Assembly (NCBI RefSeq): GCF_009914755.1
Contig: NC_060940.1
DNA length: 64,000 bases
Source: the human T2T-CHM13v2.0 reference genome, Homo sapiens
Direction: 5' to 3' (one strand)
Each line of letters opens with the position of its first letter. Positions within the stretch are counted from its first letter, which is position 1. The position numbers were made by a program, and so were the translations under genes. Of the stretch, positions 53,853 through 64,000 are shown piece by piece. Below the pieces are notes generated by a model, which saw only the letters and a list, made by a program, of their open reading frames with translations, did not search any database and had not been told where the DNA came from.

Positions 53853-54524
53853 ACCTATACAAATGGCAATTCATATGGTTCATCCTAGCGATAACTGTAC
53901 ATGGTGTATTAGATACTATATAGCATGTTCATATCAAATGTCATATAATGTATAAGGTAACATATACAGCATAAAATAGTGCCTGAGAAATATTTGATGA
54001 AAAAATCTGATAAGTACTTAGCAGGCACAGTACAAAGTACCATGAAGTTGTTAAATGGGGGATCAGGGTGTTTGAGAAAGGGGTGGGGAGATAGGTGGGC
54101 CTCCCTCAAGAAGGAATGTTTCAACTGTGAGCTGAAGGATGCCCCTGCATTGCATGTCAGGGCAGTGATGGGGAGAAAGACTCCAGGTAGAGGGAACCCA
54201 CTCTGCAAAGGCCCTGAGTCATGAAGGGGTCCCTGGAACAGTGAGTTGGGGCTGAACCCACAAGCTGCAGTTGTGGGGATTGTGATCCATCCTGAGAGCT
54301 CTGAGAACCTGGAATAGTTTTCAGCGCAGTGTGAAGGGACTGGGGCTGTGTTTTGAAGATATCCCCTGTCTGCAGTTGGGAGGGGAGTCAGGAAACCTAT
54401 TTGGAGGCTGGGGTTTTCACCCAGGTCATGCAGATAAGATTTATTAGGTGTGGAATGAACTGAGCAAATCACATGTCTTCTAATGGTACACCACACTTTT
54501 TTTTTTTTTTTTTTTTGGTTTTGA

Positions 54525-54722
<198 letters not shown>

Positions 54723-55369
54723 TAACTTCTGACCTCAAGTGATTTCGCCTGCCTCAGCCTCCCAAAGTACTGGGATTACAGGTACAAGCCACCGCGCCTG
54801 GCCTTTAGTGATATTTTAAAGACTAAATTCCCTTAGAGATGCCTGGGTCTGCATTTATTGCTACTGTTCTGTTTCTCACTGTGTGTCTTGAGGTCATCAA
54901 AAGTAACCTGGGCCTTTTCCCTTGTTTTCTGCCTCCTCTAGGCTTATGAGCCATTAAGCAAAGCTGGATTGGTGTGTGGGTCAGGCTCTTCATGTTTTCT
55001 TTAGCTTAATAAGCAGTTTCTAAGGGAACTCATTGTGTCATTGTTTAGAATAGCAAAAGATGGGCAGCCTCCCAAGTGGCAATCAGTAGGGGCTGGGTGA
55101 ATACAGTGGGTTCCACCCCTTCCGTGGTAGGGTGGGATGCTTGCAGAAGGACATAAGACGAGGAAGCCCTTTGTGCACAGATGTGCGGCAGCCTCCAAGG
55201 TCCAGTTTTTAAGTGAAAACGTGGAGATCCACTTGGTATATTTGGTATGTTACCTCTGTGTAAAAAAGCAGACAAGTAAGAATTACGTAGTTGTATTTGC
55301 TGTATTTGTAAGAAATTCCAGAGGGATAAATGAGAAACTAAAAGAGGCAATTGCATTTGGGCAGAGTAA

Positions 55370-55519
<150 letters not shown>

Positions 55520-55770
55520 TGAGTAGCTGAGATTACAGGTGTGTGCGCCACCAAGCTCAGCTAATTTTTGGTATCTTTAGTAGAGATTGGGTTTCACCAC
55601 GTTGGCTGGGCTGGTCTCGAACCCCTGACCTCGTGATCTGCCCACCTTGGCCTCCCAAAGTGCTGAGATTACAGGCTTGAGCCACCGCGCCCGGCCTATA
55701 TATGTATTATATAAACATATGCACACGCATGCATACATACACACATATATATTTTTTAAAAATTGAGTCA

Positions 55771-56070
<300 letters not shown>

Positions 56071-56699
56071 TCATATATTTCCTATTAAGGTGAAATTTAA
56101 AAAATAAATTCCTATATTCCATCATCCCCAGCTTCTGCCATTCTAAAGCATTTTCCTAAGCAGCTCCACTGTGGATGTAGCGGGTATTTCAGAAAGGCAT
56201 TAGAAATGCCCTGGGAGGGCAGAACCCGGGGCTTCACTGGAGGTGCTGTTGGGCTCAGTCTGATGTCAAGGCAGGGACATGGCAAGGGTATTGAGATGTG
56301 AACAAGCATTACTCAGCAAGGTGACATGTGTTCATGCCTTGATACACTTGTTTCCCCACCAGCTCTATTTTTGTTGCCTGCTCTATTGGTTTCTTTTTCT
56401 TTTTTTTTTCTTTTGAGACTGAGTTTTGCTTTTGTTGCCCAGGCTGGAGTGCAATGGCACCATCTCGGCTCACTGCATCTTCCGCCTCCTGGGTTCAAGT
56501 GATTCTCCTGCCCCAGCCTCCTGAGTAGCTGGGACTACAGGTGTGCACCACCATGCCCAGCTAATTTTTATATTTTTAGTAGAGACGGGGTTTCTTCATG
56601 TTGGTCGGGCTGGTCTCGAACTCCTGACCTCAGGTGATCCTCCTGCTTTGGGCTCCCAAAGTGCTGGGATTACAGGTGTGAGCCACTGTGCCCAGTCTC

Positions 56700-57750
<1,051 letters not shown>

Positions 57751-58393
57751 TGTTCAGCTTAGTTCCAGGCACATAGTAGGGGCTCAGTACATCTTTGTTG
57801 AATGACACAATCAATCATTTGGTTAGGCTAGAGAATGTGGAAGGAGGCCGGGTGCAGTGGCTCACGCCTGTAATCCTAAGGCTGAGGCAGGTGGATCACT
57901 TGAGCTCAGGAGTTTGAGACCAGCCTGGACAATGTGGCGAAACCCCATCTCTCCTAAAAATAGAAAAATTACCTGGGTGTGATAGTGTGTGTCTGTAGTC
58001 CCAGCTACTCAGGAGGCTGAGGCGGGAGGATCACTTGAGCCCAGAAGGTGGAGGTTTCAGTGAGCTGAGATCATGGCACTGCAGTCCAGTCTGGGCAACA
58101 AAACGAGACCCTGTGTCAGAAAAAGAGAGAATGTGGAGGGATATTATAGCAAGAAGTGGATCTGGAAGTTTTACTAGTAGTGGTATTTATTGAGCACCTA
58201 CTGTGTGCTCTGGCTCATGTTTAACAAAGTGCTTATTTGCATAATGTTAGTATTCCCATTTTACAGATGCGGAAACTGAGGTTTAGTTGCTGGCCTAGTA
58301 TTACAGGGTGAGGAGCTGAAGCCCCATCTGCCTGACGAGGGGTGTGTTGGGGATGTGGACTAGAAGCTTGGTCAGGGAGGGATTCTGTTCAAA

Positions 58394-59282
<889 letters not shown>

Positions 59283-59732
59283 TAGGCTGTCAGCTCCAGG
59301 AGGGCCGGCCCTTGGTCCCTATTGTTCACTGCTGGGCCCTCAGCCCTAGGAACCGTGCTCTGTAAATGGATGAATGCTGTCTGTCCTGTTACTGCAGTGT
59401 CCCCAGACATATCCCTATGCCCAGCACATGCCTGACCCCTCACAAGACCCTGGAACATGACTAAGGGATTTATTTGGTGAAACATGAGAGTCTGATAAGA
59501 GGAGAGGAAGTGGCTGGGGAGCAACCTTGCAAAGATAGCCAGGGTTGGATGGAGAAAACGAGGGTGAGTGTCAGCTTCATAGGACGGGCCTTCCACGAGA
59601 GGCCTCATGGTGCTTGGGAGAGTTGGGGTGAAAGCAGGTTGGAACAAGATGCTTGCTGCTGACATTTGGGCACTGATGGGCAGCCTGACCTCTGCTTTCT
59701 TTTTAGTGCTTAACAACACTGAAGCCCTGTTA

Positions 59733-60065
<333 letters not shown>

Positions 60066-60976
60066 TCAGTTCTGTGTCTTGGACGTGAGGATTTGTGGTA
60101 CCCGCCTGGATAGAGCAAGGATGGCCGTGCCCCTGCCTTCCTGGGTGATGGGGATAAGTCTGGAAATTGCCCCTGTGATGTTACTGGGCTTTATTCTTAG
60201 CTCTGCTGAGTTAGGGGGCAGGGTGGGGTGCAGCCCAGCCAACAGCATGCCAGGGCGCGTCACTGCCCACGCGATGCTGGCTTCAGCCGCCTTCCTCTCA
60301 CCTCATGGCCCTGCCAGCCGTGCTTGCCTCCTGCTGTGTCGGGGCTGGGAGACTTTAGCCTTTCTCCAGATGTTTTCAGGAGTGCGGTGGGGAAATGAAG
60401 GCCACATGCTGTCTCTCTAAACAGGATTAATGTTCAGAAGCCCAGCGGGTGCCCTGACCTAACCACGGGCCTCTTGCACTCCTTTTCTCAGCTTCCCTTG
60501 GCTTCTGAGCTACCCCTCTGCAGCGTTGTTTCTGAGTGTGGCATTTAGGAGCACCCTGTCGTCTTGCCTTTCGTCCCTCCAAGCCCCGTCTGTTCCTTGG
60601 TTGGTTGTGCAGAAGAGTTGCTAGGGTTTGAATCCAGGACGGTCCTGCCCCTGTGACTCGCGGGCCATCTTCTCACCTGTTTGTCTCTGTGTTCCTCTCT
60701 GTAAAAGTGGGAATCATTACAGTACCTTCCTCATAGACTGCTAGGGTGATAAAATGGAGCGATGTACATGAAACCTGAACGCAGTGCCTGGTATGCAGTC
60801 CGTGCTTAGACAGGGCTCTGGTTTTATTTTTATTTCTTTTTCTTTGAGACTTGGTCTCACTCTGTCACCCAGGCTGGAGTTCATTAGCATAATCACGTCT
60901 CACTGCAGCTTCCCACTCCTGGGCTCAAGCGATCTTACCACCTCAGCCTCCCAAGTAGGTGGGATTACAGGTGTGA

Positions 60977-62067
<1,091 letters not shown>

Positions 62068-62835
62068 GGGCCCATGTGTGGCTGAGATTAGGAGATCACT
62101 GCTGTCGTCTCTAGTTCAGCAGTGCTAGTGCCTCCTGGCGTTTAGCGTCCAGCTCAAGGGAGTGGAATTTGGGTGTCTCAGGGTCTAGGGCCACCTGTGC
62201 CTCTAAATCGCAGGGAAGCTTTGTGTGTGTGTGTGGTGGGGTGCGGGGGGCTATGGGTATGTGGTGGGGTGAATCTTATTTCTCTTCTTTCCCTTTTCTT
62301 AATTTTCCGTTGGCAAAACAGAGCGCCATTCCAGACCCCTTTCATTCTTGCAATATACATGAAAAGTACAGGGCTTGTTCTGCAAAAGAAGAGTAGCCCC
62401 AGCGAGCTCAGGGTTGAGTGAAGTTCCGCAAGGATGGCACCTCTCGGCTCTTCTGGGGGCTTCAGGACAGAGCTCAGTGTCGCCAAGCAGGACCCCCACT
62501 GCGGGCGGAGCTGCAGGGCCATCAACATTCATTAGGTGGATCAGTGAATGTAGACTCTGCGGTGTCACAAAGCAGCACCTGTACTCACTGTGCCTGTCTC
62601 GGGATGGAATCTAAGTCAGACATCCTTGCATCCCCACTTATGGGCTGTTCCTTCACCTTGCTGGTCCTCACCTTTCTCCTAGAGTTACGGGGAGGAGTAA
62701 ATGTGCTAAGGCCATACACGCCGACTCCGCAGTGGCCTTGAACCATGCTTCTCTGTCACCCCTTTCGTTGCCTTGACAATGGCTGCAGCCTCCTTTCCCA
62801 TCTCCCCTAGGATCTTCTCCTAGGGTCTCTTAATA

Positions 62836-63661
<826 letters not shown>

Positions 63662-64000
63662 TCTTAATATGTGAATTAGGCGATGCCATGACCCTGCTTA
63701 ATGCACTCCCAGGGCCTCCTGTGAGAATTAGAACAAAAAATCCATGCTCTGTACCATGGCTCCAAGATTGGCTATGTGGTGGCCTTTGGTGACTTCTCCC
63801 GCCCAATCTTGGGTCCTAGCTCATTGGTGCAGCCATATCCTCCCCCCACCCCACCCCACTGTGGCCTTTGCCTGTGCCATCTTTCTGCCTGGTATGTGCT
63901 TCCCGAGATCTTTGCACAGCCAGCTCTTCCTGACCCTTCCAGTCTGCTAGGATGTCATCTGCCCAGACCGCCACTCTGGTGCTTCCTGTCCTGACACCCC

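Overview
Primate DNA, almost certainly human 16p13.11, spanning the 5' end of ABCC1 (MRP1). It holds about 20 kb of repeat-dense upstream sequence, a TATA-less CpG-island promoter, exon 1 and the first ~43 kb of intron 1. Exon 1 has a 5'UTR with (GCC)13 and a 50-bp tandem duplication; its coding part 20695-20742 reads MALRGFCSADGSDPLW and is followed by a GT donor. Exon 2 is not in the window. The only other gene-derived sequence is a processed RPL15 pseudogene on the minus strand (~2577-3270). The rest is mostly interspersed repeats: many dozens of Alus, L1/L2/MIR fragments, two THE1/MST MaLR proviruses, MLT1 LTRs, and MER20 (x5), MER1A/B, MER58 and Tigger DNA transposons. Almost all ORFs in the supplied track are Alu or other repeat artefacts. 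I found no new protein-coding system. The strongest observation is a ~970-bp LTR9-type element in intron 1 whose layout (R-U5-PBS / env tail-PPT-U3-R-A tail) matches an L1-retroposed copy of a spliced endogenous-retrovirus mRNA; it carries three perfect octamer sites. Also notable are mirror-image Alus in the two arms of a palindrome, a triplicated target site shared by an Alu and the RPL15 retrocopy, a three-tier nested insertion, and several template-switch repair scars. Repeat family names come from recalled consensus sequences, not from a search, and repeat boundaries are approximate.
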